DNA of 64,000 nt from Acidimicrobiia bacterium (GTDB lineage Bacteria > Actinomycetota > Acidimicrobiia > Acidimicrobiales > Bin134), in the NCBI GenBank assembly GCA_022825005.1, contig JAJDYU010000024.1, positions 634 through 64,633 on the forward strand, read 5' to 3'. A program made the translations under genes and the position numbers. This document shows positions 1-10,617 of the stretch, one piece after another; within the stretch, counting starts at the first letter, position 1; each line of letters begins with the position of its first letter. The notes under the pieces are model-generated. The model ran no database searches, had not been told where the DNA came from, and saw only the letters and a program-made list of their open reading frames with translations.

Positions 1-1461
1 CTGTTGGTGCGGCTGCTGGCCGGGCCGAGGGCCGATGTGTTCGGGGTGGGCGACGACGATCAGACCATCTACGGCTACTCCGGTGCCTCCCCGGAATGGC
101 TCATCAACTACCACAAGCATTTCCCCGGTGCCGAGCGTCACGAGTTGCACGTCAACTACCGCTGTCCCCCCGAGGTGGTGGACGCGGCCTCCAACCTCTT
201 GTCCCACAACCGCCGCCGCATAGACAAACAGATCACCGCCGTGCCGGGTCGGACTCGACGAGACGAAGGCGATTCCGGTTCGGGCATCACCGTCGAGACG
301 GCAGCAGACGGGGCACCGGTGCTGAGCCGACGGGTTGAATCACTGCTCGACAACGGCGCCCGTCCTCAGGATGTGGCCGTGCTGACCAGGGTGAACAGCA
401 CGCTGCTGGTTCCCCAGGTCGTTTTGGGCGACATGGGGGTGCCGTCCAATCAGCCGGTGGGCCGCCTGTTCTTGGAGCGCACCGGGGTGGCCGCCGCGCT
501 GGCCTGGCTCGACATCGCCACCGCTCCCGAGCGCGACCTTCCGGCCCGGGCGCTTTCGGACGCAGCCCGCCGTCCGCCCCGGGGCATCTCCCCCCGAGTC
601 ATCGAGTGGATTTCCGAGCAGCAGAGCACCTCGCAGATCAAGGCCCTGGCCGGCCGCATCAAGGACGAGCGGTCGTCCAAGAAGGTGGGCGAGTTCGCCG
701 ACGACGTCGAGATGCTGCGGTCAAGATTCAAAAAGGCAGGCGGAGAAGTCACCACCCGATCCCTGTTGGAGACAGTGCGAGACGAGATGGGTCTGGGCGG
801 CAGCTTGGACACCCGGTTGGACGCATCCCGCCGCTCCGTCGACCGGTCGGCTCACGGCGACGATCTGCGGGCACTGATCTCGGTGGCCCACCTGCATCCC
901 GACCCGACCGACTTTCGGAGATGGCTGTTCGACCGGCTCTCCGAGGGGTTTGAGGGGGAGGGCAGCGGACGCGGTGTCCACTTGGCCACCGTCCACCGGG
1001 TGAAGGGCCAGGAATGGCCCCATGTGATCGTCTACGAGGCATCCAAAGGTTTGATGCCCCACCGCTTGGCCGGCGACCTCGAAGAGGAGCGACGGGTGTT
1101 CCACGTGGCCATCACCCGGTGCTCGCAGTCGGTGACCCTCATCTGCGGCAACCCACCCACCGACTTCCAAGCCGAGCTCACCTCTCGGTATCAACCTCCT
1201 CTTGAACCCGATCCGGAATCCGAACCCGAACCGGTGGACGGGGCCGCCTTTGAAGCGCTGAAGGCCTGGCGGCTGGAGCGCAGCAGGGCCGACAACGTGC
1301 CTGCCTACGTGGTCTTCAGCAACGCCACCCTCGTCGAGCTGGCCACCCATCGCCCCACCACCGATGCGGGACTGCGGGCCATTAGCGGCATCGGCCCCGC
1401 CAAGCTGGCCGCCTACGGCGAGGCGGTCAAGGAAGTCCTAGGCCGATTCGCTACGCCTTGA
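1..1461 (+). CDS. ATP-dependent DNA helicase, UvrD/PcrA family with C-terminal HRDC domain (UvrD2-like); 5' partial
   Basis: SF1 motifs VGDDDQTIY, NYRC, TVHRVKGQEW, EERRVFHVAITR; HRDC motif LKAWRLERSRADNVPAYVVFSNATL. Confidence 0.92.
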   Translation: MLVRLLAGPRADVFGVGDDDQTIYGYSGASPEWLINYHKHFPGAERHELHVNYRCPPEVVDAASNLLSHNRRRIDKQITAVPGRTRRDEGDSGSGITVETAADGAPVLSRRVESLLDNGARPQDVAVLTRVNSTLLVPQVVLGDMGVPSNQPVGRLFLERTGVAAALAWLDIATAPERDLPARALSDAARRPPRGISPRVIEWISEQQSTSQIKALAGRIKDERSSKKVGEFADDVEMLRSRFKKAGGEVTTRSLLETVRDEMGLGGSLDTRLDASRRSVDRSAHGDDLRALISVAHLHPDPTDFRRWLFDRLSEGFEGEGSGRGVHLATVHRVKGQEWPHVIVYEASKGLMPHRLAGDLEEERRVFHVAITRCSQSVTLICGNPPTDFQAELTSRYQPPLEPDPESEPEPVDGAAFEALKAWRLERSRADNVPAYVVFSNATLVELATHRPTTDAGLRAISGIGPAKLAAYGEAVKEVLGRFATP

Positions 1462-3304
1462 CGGACAGCGCTTCGCGGGCGGAGGCGGCGATGCCGGCGG
1501 GGTCGAGGCCGCAGTCGGCGAGGATCTGGTCGGGTACACCCTGGGGGATGTACTCGTTGGGCACGCCCAGAATCCGGATCGCGGGAACGGGGCCTTCACG
1601 GCCCGAGTGGGCCAAATGGTGGGCGATGGAGCTGCCCGCGCCGCCCTCTCGCCAGCCGTCCTCCATGGTCACCACCGCGCTGTGGCGGGCCGCGTCGGCC
1701 AGCATGTCCTCGTCGAGGGGCTTCACACAGCGGACGTCCCACACGGTGGTCGACACGCCGTCAGCCTCCAACAGCTCGGCGGCTTCTTGGGCTGCGGCCA
1801 GCATCTTGCCCACCGCCAGCAGGCAGACGTCGGAGCCCTCTTTCACCTTGCGGCCTTTGAGGCCGTGACCCACCTCGTCTTCGGGGACCGAAGGTGCGGC
1901 AGTCTTGGACCACCGCATAGCCACCGGACCGGTGGTTATCTCCAGGGCATCGTGCAGCATCTGCTGGATCTCTTGATATGACGACGGCGCCAGCACGGTC
2001 ATGCCGGGAATCTTGGTGAGCAGCACCATGTCGAGCACGCCGTGGTGCGACGGACCGTCGTCGCCGGTGATGCCCGCTCGGTCGAGGCAGAACACCACTG
2101 GCTGGCCGTGCAACCCCACATCGAGGTTCACCTGGTCGATGGCCCGGGTCAAGAAAGTGGAGTAGATGGCCACCACCGGGCGGAGTCCCCCCATGGCCAT
2201 ACCGGCCGCTGCGGTCACCGCGTGCTGCTCGGCGATACCGACGTCGAAGCACCGCTCGGGGAACCGCTCGGCGAACGGCAGCAGCCCGGTGGAGTCGGGC
2301 ATGGCCGCAGTGATGGCCACCATTTCAGGCCGGGCCTCGGCCTCTTTGATCATCGCCTCGGTGAACGCCTCGGTGTAGCTGCCCGGCTTGGCCATCGACA
2401 TGTCGTGCATGTTCTTGACCGGGTCGTTCTCGGCCGGCGCATATCCCCGGCCCTTCTGGGTGAGCACATGCACCAGGCAGGGGCCCCCCAGGTGGGACAC
2501 CCGGCTGAACACCCGCTCCAGCTTGCCCAGGTCGTGGCCGTCGAACGGGCCGAAATAGTTGATGCCCAGCTCATCGAAGAAAGTGCGGGGCTCCACCATC
2601 TCGCGTACCGCGGCTTTGGTGGCCCCGAGGGCTCGACCGGCCAGATCGCCCACCCAGGGAATGTCCTTGAGCACTTTGCGGATCTGGTTGTCGGTGCGCA
2701 CATAGCGGGGGTCCATCCGCACCCGCAGAAGGCTTTCCGACAGCCGAGAGATTGTGGGGGCGTAGGAGCGACCGTTGTCGTTGAGCACGATGGTCACGTC
2801 GCAGCCCGAGTGTCCGATGTTGTTGAGGCCCTCGAACGCCACCCCCCCGGTGAGCGAGCCGTCGCCAACCACGGCGATTACCCGGCGCTGTTCGCCGCCG
2901 GCGGACTCCTGCGCGGTGGCCAAGCCATGGGCGTAGCTCAGCACAGTGGAGGCGTGGCTGTTCTCGATCCAGTCGTGGGGGGACTCCTCTCGGCTCGGAT
3001 ATCCCGACAGGCCCCCCGGCTTGCGGAGCGACTTGAACTGGTCGGTGCGCCCAGTGAGCATCTTGTGCACGTAGGCCTGGTGGCCGGTGTCCCACAAGAT
3101 GATGTCGCGGGGAGAGTCGAACACCAGGTGAAGGGCCAGCGTCAGCTCCACCACGCCCAAATTGGATCCCAGGTGGCCTCCATTTGCATTGACCGTCTCG
3201 ACGATGAACTCACGGATCTCTTCGGACAGCTCGGTCAATTCCTCGTCGCCCAAGCGGCGCAGATCGGCTGGGCAGGTGATGTTCTGAAGATGGTTGGTGT
3301 CCAC
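1451..3304 (-). CDS. dxs: 1-deoxy-D-xylulose-5-phosphate synthase
   Basis: GGHLGSNLGVVELT, WDTGHQAYVHK, GDGSLTGG ThDP motif, FDVGIAEQHA, DRAGITGDDGPSHHG. Confidence 0.97.
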   Translation of the reverse strand: MDTNHLQNITCPADLRRLGDEELTELSEEIREFIVETVNANGGHLGSNLGVVELTLALHLVFDSPRDIILWDTGHQAYVHKMLTGRTDQFKSLRKPGGLSGYPSREESPHDWIENSHASTVLSYAHGLATAQESAGGEQRRVIAVVGDGSLTGGVAFEGLNNIGHSGCDVTIVLNDNGRSYAPTISRLSESLLRVRMDPRYVRTDNQIRKVLKDIPWVGDLAGRALGATKAAVREMVEPRTFFDELGINYFGPFDGHDLGKLERVFSRVSHLGGPCLVHVLTQKGRGYAPAENDPVKNMHDMSMAKPGSYTEAFTEAMIKEAEARPEMVAITAAMPDSTGLLPFAERFPERCFDVGIAEQHAVTAAAGMAMGGLRPVVAIYSTFLTRAIDQVNLDVGLHGQPVVFCLDRAGITGDDGPSHHGVLDMVLLTKIPGMTVLAPSSYQEIQQMLHDALEITTGPVAMRWSKTAAPSVPEDEVGHGLKGRKVKEGSDVCLLAVGKMLAAAQEAAELLEADGVSTTVWDVRCVKPLDEDMLADAARHSAVVTMEDGWREGGAGSSIAHHLAHSGREGPVPAIRILGVPNEYIPQGVPDQILADCGLDPAGIAASAREALSVKA

Positions 3305-3333
3305 GTCCCTCCCAATTAGTTGGGATATTCAGG

Positions 3334-4122
3334 TTACTCGCGGTTTCTCCATTTGTGGAAGCCCCTTGCCCCCAGCCAGCCCAGGCCCAGCGCCCCAAGC
3401 CCGCCCACCGCGTCGATCCAGTAGTGGTTGGCTGTGACCACGATGGCGAAAAGGGTCAGCCAGGGGTAGGCGGCGATGGCAATTTTGGCCACCGGGTGGA
3501 CCAAATGCTTGCGCAACGCCAGAAAACACCACATGGCCCAGGCGAAGTGCAGGCTGGGCATGGCGGCGTACTGATTGGAGAGCGTTTCGGCCGCTCCCTC
3601 GGTAAACGACCACAGCCCGCCCAGCTCGTGAACGGTGTCGACATACCCGGTTTCGGGCAGATCGCCGCCATAGCGCCCGCCCACCGACAGCAGGCGAGGA
3701 GGCATCAACGGGAACAGGGCGAACCCCACCAGTGCCGACCCGGTGGTCAACAGGCCGGTGGTGCGCCAGAACGGGTAGTGCCGGGGGAAGCGCCAGTAGA
3801 GCCAGATGAGGGTGAAGGCGGTGACTGCGAAGTGGAATAGCCCGTAGAACAGGTTCCAGAACTGGATGAACGACACCCACCCGATGAACAGGTCTTGGAG
3901 GTCGCGCTCGAAGTACAGCCCGATGCTGCGCTCCCAGTCGATCACCAGCTCGGCATTGGCCTTCGCCTCGCCCGGCTCCACCGCCGCGGACCCGAACTGG
4001 TTCCGCACCCAGGAGTAGATGCCGTAGAACGCCCCGATGACCGCCAGCTCCAGGTACCAGCGGGGCCGGGTGCGGCTCTTGGCTAGAACGCGGGCCCGTT
4101 GCCGGCGGCGTTCAGCGCTCAC
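3334..4122 (-). CDS. PAP2-family membrane protein (inositol-phosphorylceramide synthase/Aur1-like)
   Basis: PLMPPRL, NQYAAMPSLHFAWA, TANHYWIDAVGG motifs; several TM helices. Confidence 0.85.
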   Translation of the reverse strand: MSAERRRQRARVLAKSRTRPRWYLELAVIGAFYGIYSWVRNQFGSAAVEPGEAKANAELVIDWERSIGLYFERDLQDLFIGWVSFIQFWNLFYGLFHFAVTAFTLIWLYWRFPRHYPFWRTTGLLTTGSALVGFALFPLMPPRLLSVGGRYGGDLPETGYVDTVHELGGLWSFTEGAAETLSNQYAAMPSLHFAWAMWCFLALRKHLVHPVAKIAIAAYPWLTLFAIVVTANHYWIDAVGGLGALGLGWLGARGFHKWRNRE

Positions 4123-5107
4123 GGCGGAAGCGCGAGGCCCGTTGCCAGTGGCGGCCGCCGAACACCAGCGCCGGCAACCCCACCAGGCTGCCGGCCACGG
4201 TGAGGAAGTAGAGCAGCAGCCCCATGGCGATGGCCCGCTCGTCGATCACGCCCAAGTCGTGGAGGAACAGCACCAAGGCCCCCTCCCGCAGGCCCAGCCC
4301 TCCCAAGCCGATGGGCAGAACCTGGATGATGAGCACCGCGGGGATGAACGCCATCAGCTCGGTGGGCCCCAGGCCGTTGATCCCCACCACCTTGGCCGCG
4401 CACCCGGCGGCGGCCAGCATTATCGCCTGGTAGGCGAAGGCGGTTATCAGCACCCGGCCGGTGTCGCGGGGCTTGGCCCGAAGCTCGTCGATGCCCATGT
4501 GCAGACCGTTCACGAAGCGGACCCAGCCGTTGCGTCGGCTGACCCAGCGGCCGAACCACTGATTGCCCACCAGCAGCAGGATCAGCCCGAGAGCCAGCAG
4601 GGTGAGGCCGGCGGTGCTGGCCGCCACTCGGGAGGGGGCGCCCAATCCCCGCAGCTCTTCGTCGAGCGCCAAGCCCACCAGCGTGAACACCGGCAGCACG
4701 ATCCAGCCGCTGAGCCGCTCCAACAGCACCGAGGCGAAGCTGTGGGGGCCGTCGCCGGTGTCGTTGGAGAGGCGGGATATCCGCAGCACGTCGCCCCCCA
4801 CCGTGGTGGGCACGAAGTTGGAGATGAACATTCCCGCCATGTAGTGCGAGAACATGCGCCGGGGCTTCACTTGCAGCCCGAGGGCGACGGCCACCTCATA
4901 CCACCGGGCGGTGGCCGCCATGTTGCCGATCACGGTGAGCATGAGCGCGCCGATAAGCCAGAACGGCGTGGCCGAGTTGAAGTCGGGCCACAGTTGTCCG
5001 GCGTCGAACGAGGGCAGCCACCAGATCAACAAGAAGAACAGGGCCACGCTGATGCCCACCCGGAGCACGACGCTGAGCACCCGGCGGGTGGTGTGCTTCT
5101 CAGTCAA
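4112..5107 (-). CDS. Lysylphosphatidylglycerol synthase TM-domain / flippase-like membrane protein
   Basis: NFVPTTVGGDVLR, ERLSG, LPIGLGGLGLREG motifs. Confidence 0.85.
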   Translation of the reverse strand: MTEKHTTRRVLSVVLRVGISVALFFLLIWWLPSFDAGQLWPDFNSATPFWLIGALMLTVIGNMAATARWYEVAVALGLQVKPRRMFSHYMAGMFISNFVPTTVGGDVLRISRLSNDTGDGPHSFASVLLERLSGWIVLPVFTLVGLALDEELRGLGAPSRVAASTAGLTLLALGLILLLVGNQWFGRWVSRRNGWVRFVNGLHMGIDELRAKPRDTGRVLITAFAYQAIMLAAAGCAAKVVGINGLGPTELMAFIPAVLIIQVLPIGLGGLGLREGALVLFLHDLGVIDERAIAMGLLLYFLTVAGSLVGLPALVFGGRHWQRASRFRRER

Positions 5108-5229
5108 GCCCGAGCTCGCAAACGTGTAGGGGTGATCCCGGGCACGCGCCAGCGGTTGAGGCGGCCATCGGGGTCATTCAGACAAGGCTATTGCCCCGCC
5201 GCGCCCCTATGGATATTACGGTGAGGCCA

Positions 5230-6864
5230 ATGTCGGGAAAACAGGTCACCGGTCACGGGGGCGATCAGGTTCTGGCCGCGCTAGCCCCCTTCGGCGTACA
5301 GGAGCTATTCACCTTGTCAGGGGGCCATATCTTCCCGCTGTACGACGCCGCGGTGAAGCAGGGCGACGTGGTGCTCTACGACGTGCGCCACGAGCAGACC
5401 GCGGTGTTCGCGGCCGAGGCGCTGGCCAAGCTGACCCGCCGTCCGGGGGTGGCCGCGGTGACCGCCGGGCCCGGGGTGACCAACTCGGTGAGCGCAGTGA
5501 CCACCGCCTGGCTAAACGGCGCGCCGCTGGTGGTGCTGGGAGGCCGGGCCCCGGAGGCCCGCTGGGGGTCGGGTTCGCTCCAAGAGCTCGACCACGTGCC
5601 CATCATGGCCCCGGTCACCAAGAAGTCGCTCACCGCGGGAGGCGGCGACGATCTGGCCGCGGCCACGTATCGGGCCGTGCAAGCCGCCATGACGCCTCAC
5701 CGAGGCCCGGTTTTCGTGGACTATCCCATGGACGTGATCTTCTCCGAGGGCTCCGGCACCGTGCCCGACGAGCCGATGCCAGTGGGCGAGGCCCCCGACC
5801 CCGAAGGGGTGGCCGCGGTGGCCGACATGGTGGCTGCCGCTCGCTGTCCTGCGGTGCTGGTGGGCACCGACGTTTACTGGGACGGCGCCTGGGACGCGCT
5901 GCGGGCCTGGGTGGAGGCCCAGCGGCTGCCCGCGTTCGCCAACGGCCTGGGCCGGGGATGCCTGCCCGCCGACCACGAGCTGTTCTTCAGCCGCACCCGG
6001 CGCCAGCTGCGCACCGACGCTGATCTGGTGATCGTGGCCGGCACCCCGCTCGACTTTCGGCTCTCGTTCGGCCGGTTCGGCGATGCCCAGGTGGTGCATT
6101 TGACCGACAGCGCGGAGTCGGTGTCGGCCCACGCCCAGCCGGCGGCGACAGTGTCGGGCGATCTGGTCCAGATGCTGGGCGCGCTGGCCGACGGCCCCGC
6201 GCCCGCCCACCCTGCCGAGCGCGACCAGTGGGTGGCCAAGCTGCGCGATGCAGAAAACGCGGCCCGCGCCGACGAGGAGGACCTGCTGGCCACCGCGGCT
6301 GATCCGATCTTGCCCACTCGGGTTTATGGGGAACTGCGCCAGGTTCTGGACCGGGATGCGGTGGTGATCGGAGACGGCGGCGATTTCGTCTCCTACGCCG
6401 GGCGCTTCGTGGACTCCTATCTGCCCGGCCACTGGCTGGATCCCGGTCCCTACGGCTGTCTGGGCACCGGCATGGGCTACGCCATGGCGGCCCGGGTGGC
6501 CCAACCCGACCGCCAAGTCGTGCTGCTGTTGGGCGACGGGGCGGCCGGGTTCTCCCTGATGGACGCCGATTCGCTGGTGCGCCACAACCTGCCGGTGGTC
6601 ATCGTGGTGGGCAACAACGGCTGCTGGGGGTTGGAGAAGCACCCCATGCGCCAGATGTACGGCTACGACGTGGCCGCCGACCTCCAGGAGGGGTGCCGCT
6701 ACGACCAGGTGGTGTCGGCCTTGGGCGGTGCGGGAGAGACGGTGGAGCGCCCCGACGACGTCGCCCCCGCCCTCAAGCGGGCTCTCGACGCCGACGTCCC
6801 CTACGTGGTGAACGTGATCTGCGACCCCGAGCACGCCTACCCCCGCCGCTCCAACCTGGGCTGA
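5230..6864 (+). CDS. ThDP-dependent acetolactate synthase-like enzyme (IlvG / 2-hydroxyacyl-CoA lyase type)
   Basis: FTLSGGHIFPLYD, VRHEQTAVFAAE, GDGAAGFS...GNNGCWG; ATG 5230 chosen as start. Confidence 0.85.
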   Translation: MSGKQVTGHGGDQVLAALAPFGVQELFTLSGGHIFPLYDAAVKQGDVVLYDVRHEQTAVFAAEALAKLTRRPGVAAVTAGPGVTNSVSAVTTAWLNGAPLVVLGGRAPEARWGSGSLQELDHVPIMAPVTKKSLTAGGGDDLAAATYRAVQAAMTPHRGPVFVDYPMDVIFSEGSGTVPDEPMPVGEAPDPEGVAAVADMVAAARCPAVLVGTDVYWDGAWDALRAWVEAQRLPAFANGLGRGCLPADHELFFSRTRRQLRTDADLVIVAGTPLDFRLSFGRFGDAQVVHLTDSAESVSAHAQPAATVSGDLVQMLGALADGPAPAHPAERDQWVAKLRDAENAARADEEDLLATAADPILPTRVYGELRQVLDRDAVVIGDGGDFVSYAGRFVDSYLPGHWLDPGPYGCLGTGMGYAMAARVAQPDRQVVLLLGDGAAGFSLMDADSLVRHNLPVVIVVGNNGCWGLEKHPMRQMYGYDVAADLQEGCRYDQVVSALGGAGETVERPDDVAPALKRALDADVPYVVNVICDPEHAYPRRSNLG

Positions 6865-6966
6865 CGGCCCCTGTTCCCGGTTCACACGGGATGTCGGTAG
6901 GCTACGGCGTCGAGGCAAGGGAGAAGCTGTGATCGACGAGCTGGTGGAGAGACGGGGAGCACAATT

Positions 6967-8358
6967 GTGATCGACGAGTCTGTAGTTTCGGGCACGCTGT
7001 CGGAGGCGCTGAAAACCGGGGGCGAGTTCGCCGAGGTCTTTGTGGAGGACCGGCGCTCTTCGTCGGCGTTGTTGGACGACGGCAAGGTAGAGGAGCTCAC
7101 CTCGGGTCGTACCCGGGGGGCGGGAATCCGCGTCGTGGTGGGGGAGACCACCGGATTCGCCCACACGTCTGATCTGAGCGAGGCCGGTATGGCCAAAGCG
7201 GCTCGGGCCGCGGCGGCGGCCGCACGAGGCGGCGGGGGCGGCCACCAGATCGTGGCGCTCAGCCGGGTGGACGCCCCGGCGCCCAACGAAATCGAGGTGC
7301 TGCCCGAGACCGTGGCCAAAGCCACCAAGGTGGAGCTCTTGGGCCGGGCCGACGAGGCCGCCCGAGCAGCGGGCTCGGCCATCACCCAGGTGTCGGCCCG
7401 CTACGCCGACGGGCGTCGCCGAATCCTGGTGGCCAACAGCGACGGGCTGCTGGCCGGCGACGACCAGGTGCGCACCCGGTTCGCGGTGTCGTGCGTGGCT
7501 ATGGGCGACACCGGCATGCAGACCGGGTTCGAGAGCGTGGGCCGCCCCATCGGATTCGAGCTGTTCGACGAGTACGAGGTGGATGAGCTGGCTCGCACCG
7601 CGGCCAATCGGGCGCTCACCAAGCTGGCCGCCCAGCCGGCGCCCAGCGGCTCGATGCCGGTGGTGATCGGCCCCGGAGGCGGCGGTGTGCTGTTCCACGA
7701 GGCCTGCGGACACGGCCTGGAGGCCGACTTGGTGGCCAAGCAGGCGTCGGTGTTCCGCAACCGGGTAGGCGAGCAGGTGGCCCACCCCGAGGTCACCCTC
7801 ATCGACGACGGGACCATGGCCCGGGAGTGGGGGGCCTACGCCATCGACGACGAGGGCCGGCCCGCCCAGCGCAACGTGCTCATCGAGAACGGCGTGCTCA
7901 CCGACTACATGTGGGATCTGCTCCGGGCCCGCAAGGAGGGCCGGGACAGCTCGGGCAACGGCCGCCGCCAGAGCTACCAGCACCTGCCCATGGTGCGGAT
8001 GACCAACACCTATCTGGCCAACGGAACCGATGATCCCCAAGACATCATCGCCGCCACCGACCGCGGCGTATATGTGGCCCACCTGGGCGGCGGCCAGGTG
8101 AACACCGCCACCGGCGACTTCGTCTTCGGCATGAGCGAGGCCTACCTGATTGAGAACGGCCAAATCGGCCCCCCCATCCGGGAGGGCAATCTCATCGGCA
8201 ACGGCCCCGAGGTTCTGGCCGGCATCGAGGTGCTGGGCAACGACTTCGCCATGGGATCGCCGGGCACCTGCGGCAAAGACGGCCAGGGCGTTCCGGTGGG
8301 CGACGGAACCCCCACCCTTCGGGTGGCGTCGATGACCATCGGCGGAACCGCGGCGTGA
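6967..8358 (+). CDS. tldD: TldD metalloprotease subunit
   Basis: HEACGHGLEAD zinc motif, RMTNTY, CGKDGQ motif. Confidence 0.93.
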   Translation: MIDESVVSGTLSEALKTGGEFAEVFVEDRRSSSALLDDGKVEELTSGRTRGAGIRVVVGETTGFAHTSDLSEAGMAKAARAAAAAARGGGGGHQIVALSRVDAPAPNEIEVLPETVAKATKVELLGRADEAARAAGSAITQVSARYADGRRRILVANSDGLLAGDDQVRTRFAVSCVAMGDTGMQTGFESVGRPIGFELFDEYEVDELARTAANRALTKLAAQPAPSGSMPVVIGPGGGGVLFHEACGHGLEADLVAKQASVFRNRVGEQVAHPEVTLIDDGTMAREWGAYAIDDEGRPAQRNVLIENGVLTDYMWDLLRARKEGRDSSGNGRRQSYQHLPMVRMTNTYLANGTDDPQDIIAATDRGVYVAHLGGGQVNTATGDFVFGMSEAYLIENGQIGPPIREGNLIGNGPEVLAGIEVLGNDFAMGSPGTCGKDGQGVPVGDGTPTLRVASMTIGGTAA

Positions 8359-8397
8359 CCCCCGCCCACCGAGGCCGATCATCTACGAGGTTGTGGC

Positions 8398-9744
8398 GTG
8401 AATCCTGAGGAACTGCTGGAAATCGCCGAGCGCATCGTGGGCTGGGGCCGCGACGGCGAGCAGATCGAGGCGGTGGTCGGCCACAGCCAGGAGACCGAGG
8501 TGCGGGTCTACGAGGGCGAGATCGAGTCGCTGTCGGTGGCCGAGTCGCAAGGGGTGGGCATCCGGGTGATTGCCGACGGCCGCCAGGGATTTGCCCACGC
8601 CGGCACCCTCGATCCCGAGGTTCTGGAAGAGACCCTGGCCGAGGCCCGCGACAACACAGTGTTCGGCTCCCCCGACGAGTTCTTCGGACTGGCCGAGCCC
8701 GACGGGGTGGAGCCCCCGGAACTCGACCTCTACAACGAGGCCCTGCTGGAGTTCGGTACCGAGGCCAAGATCGACATGGCCCTGGAACTGGAGCGGTTGG
8801 TGCAGGCCGGCGATCCCCGCATTGTGGGGGTGGAGTCGGCCGACTACGGCGATGCCCTGAGCGCTGATGCCATTGCCACCACCACCGGAATCCGCAGCAC
8901 GGGCCGGGACACCTCCTGCTACCTCACCGCCTACTCGCTGGCCTCGGAGGGCGACGAGACTCAGACCGGATTCGGCTTCTCGGTGGGCCGAGAGCCCAGC
9001 ACCCTTGATGTGGCCGTCGCGGCGAAAGATGCGGTGGAGCGGGCCACTCGGATGCTGGGCGCCACCCAGCCGTCTTCTGAGAGGGTCACCGTGGTGCTCG
9101 ACCCGTTTGTCACTGCCCAGTTCCTGGGCATCATCGGCAGCACCCTGTCGGGCGAGGCGGTGCTGAAGGGCCGGTCGCTGTTCGCCGACCGCCTGGGCGA
9201 TCAAGTGGCCGCGCCCATCGTCACCCTGGTGGACGATCCCACCAACCCGGAGGCGTTCACCGCCTCCGACGCCGACGGAGAGGGTCTGGCCACCCGGCGC
9301 AACCAGCTGATCGGCGTCGGCCAGCTCGAGCGGTTCTTGCACAACAGCTACACCGGGCGGCGCTCAGGATCGGCCTCCACCGGCTCAGCCGTTCGGGGAT
9401 ACGCCAGCACCCCCGGCGTGGGCTGCCAAGCGCTGTCGCTGGTACCCGGCGACCAGCCGCCCGAAGAGCTCATTGCCGGCATCGACAACGGGGTGCTGGT
9501 GCAGGGCGTGTCGGGCCTGCACTCCGGGGTGAACCCGGTGAGCGGCGACTTCTCCACCGGCGCTGAGGGGCTGCGAATCCGCAACGGCGAGTTGGCCGAG
9601 CCGGTGAGGGAGATCACCATCGCCTCCACCCTCCAGCGGATGCTGCTCGACGTGGCCGCGGTGGGGTCCGACCTCACCTGGCTGCCCATGAGCTCGGCGG
9701 GGGTGTCGCTGGTGGTGGCCGAAGTCACCATGTCCGGTGCCTAA
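8398..9744 (+). CDS. pmbA: PmbA/TldE subunit
   Basis: Follows tldD; GVNPVSGDFSTGAEG motif; lacks HExxxH. Confidence 0.88.
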   Translation: MNPEELLEIAERIVGWGRDGEQIEAVVGHSQETEVRVYEGEIESLSVAESQGVGIRVIADGRQGFAHAGTLDPEVLEETLAEARDNTVFGSPDEFFGLAEPDGVEPPELDLYNEALLEFGTEAKIDMALELERLVQAGDPRIVGVESADYGDALSADAIATTTGIRSTGRDTSCYLTAYSLASEGDETQTGFGFSVGREPSTLDVAVAAKDAVERATRMLGATQPSSERVTVVLDPFVTAQFLGIIGSTLSGEAVLKGRSLFADRLGDQVAAPIVTLVDDPTNPEAFTASDADGEGLATRRNQLIGVGQLERFLHNSYTGRRSGSASTGSAVRGYASTPGVGCQALSLVPGDQPPEELIAGIDNGVLVQGVSGLHSGVNPVSGDFSTGAEGLRIRNGELAEPVREITIASTLQRMLLDVAAVGSDLTWLPMSSAGVSLVVAEVTMSGA

Positions 9745-9768
9745 GGGTTAGCCCCAGGCCACGAGGCC

Positions 9769-10605
9769 ATGTCGGTCCTGCACGCCATTTTGCTGGGCAT
9801 CGCCCAGGGGCTGACCGAGTTCCTGCCGGTGTCGTCCAGCGGACACCTTCAGATCATTCCCTGGCTGGCCGACTGGAGCGATTTCGACGGCCGCGACGAT
9901 CTCAAGAAGGCGTTCGACGTGGCGCTTCACCTGGGCACCCTGGTGGGATTGGTGGCCTGCCTGCGCCGAGAGGTGTGGGCCCTGGTGCGAGACGGGATTT
10001 CCGCGGTGACCCGGCGCCAAACCCTGATTACTGCCGAGGGCCGGCTGGGATGGCTGCTGGTGCTGGCCACCATTCCGGCCGCCGCGGTGGGCGTGGGGCT
10101 GAGATCGGTGATCGACGAGGCCGACGACGAGATCTGGCTCACCGCGGTGATGCTGGCGGTGTTCGGCGTGCTGCTGTGGTGGTCGGACCGGCGCACGGGG
10201 CAGCGAGAAGTCGGTGAGTTCGGTGTGCGCGACGCGCTGGGGCTGGGGCTGGCCCAGGCCTGCTCCCTTCAGCCGGGGGTTTCGCGGTCGGGAGTGATCA
10301 TCACCGCCGGGCGCCTGCTCAGCTTCAATCGCGAGGCCGCCGCCCGCCTGGCCATGCTGATGAGCGTGCCGGTGATCGCCGGTGCCGGCGTGTACCAGTT
10401 CATCGACATCGGCGGATGGGGAGGCATCCCCGCCGATGCCCGAGCCGGGTTCGCGTGGGGCACCGCAGCGTCGGCCGTCACCGGTTTCGCCGCGGTCAAG
10501 GGGCTGTTGGCCCTGGTGCGCACCCGCAGCTTCGGCCCGTTCGTGGTGTACCGGGTTTTGGTGGCCCTGCTGGTGCTCAGCCTCATAGCCGCCTCGGTGC
10601 GCTAG
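9769..10605 (+). CDS. uppP: Undecaprenyl-diphosphate phosphatase
   Basis: QGLTEFLPVSSSGHL and PGVSRSG motifs. Confidence 0.95.
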   Translation: MSVLHAILLGIAQGLTEFLPVSSSGHLQIIPWLADWSDFDGRDDLKKAFDVALHLGTLVGLVACLRREVWALVRDGISAVTRRQTLITAEGRLGWLLVLATIPAAAVGVGLRSVIDEADDEIWLTAVMLAVFGVLLWWSDRRTGQREVGEFGVRDALGLGLAQACSLQPGVSRSGVIITAGRLLSFNREAAARLAMLMSVPVIAGAGVYQFIDIGGWGGIPADARAGFAWGTAASAVTGFAAVKGLLALVRTRSFGPFVVYRVLVALLVLSLIAASVR

Positions 10606-10617
10606 CGGCGGCGCTCC

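Noticed and set aside
5512-8382. 956-aa minus-strand ORF and similar long antisense ORFs (e.g. 2042-3319, 24729-26240, 27883-29277, 59982-61334)
   Set aside because: Shadow ORFs opposite well-supported genes in high-GC DNA, with no recognisable motifs
6967-9744. TldD/PmbA as part of a RiPP cluster
   Set aside because: No precursor peptide or YcaO/modifying enzymes nearby; housekeeping context
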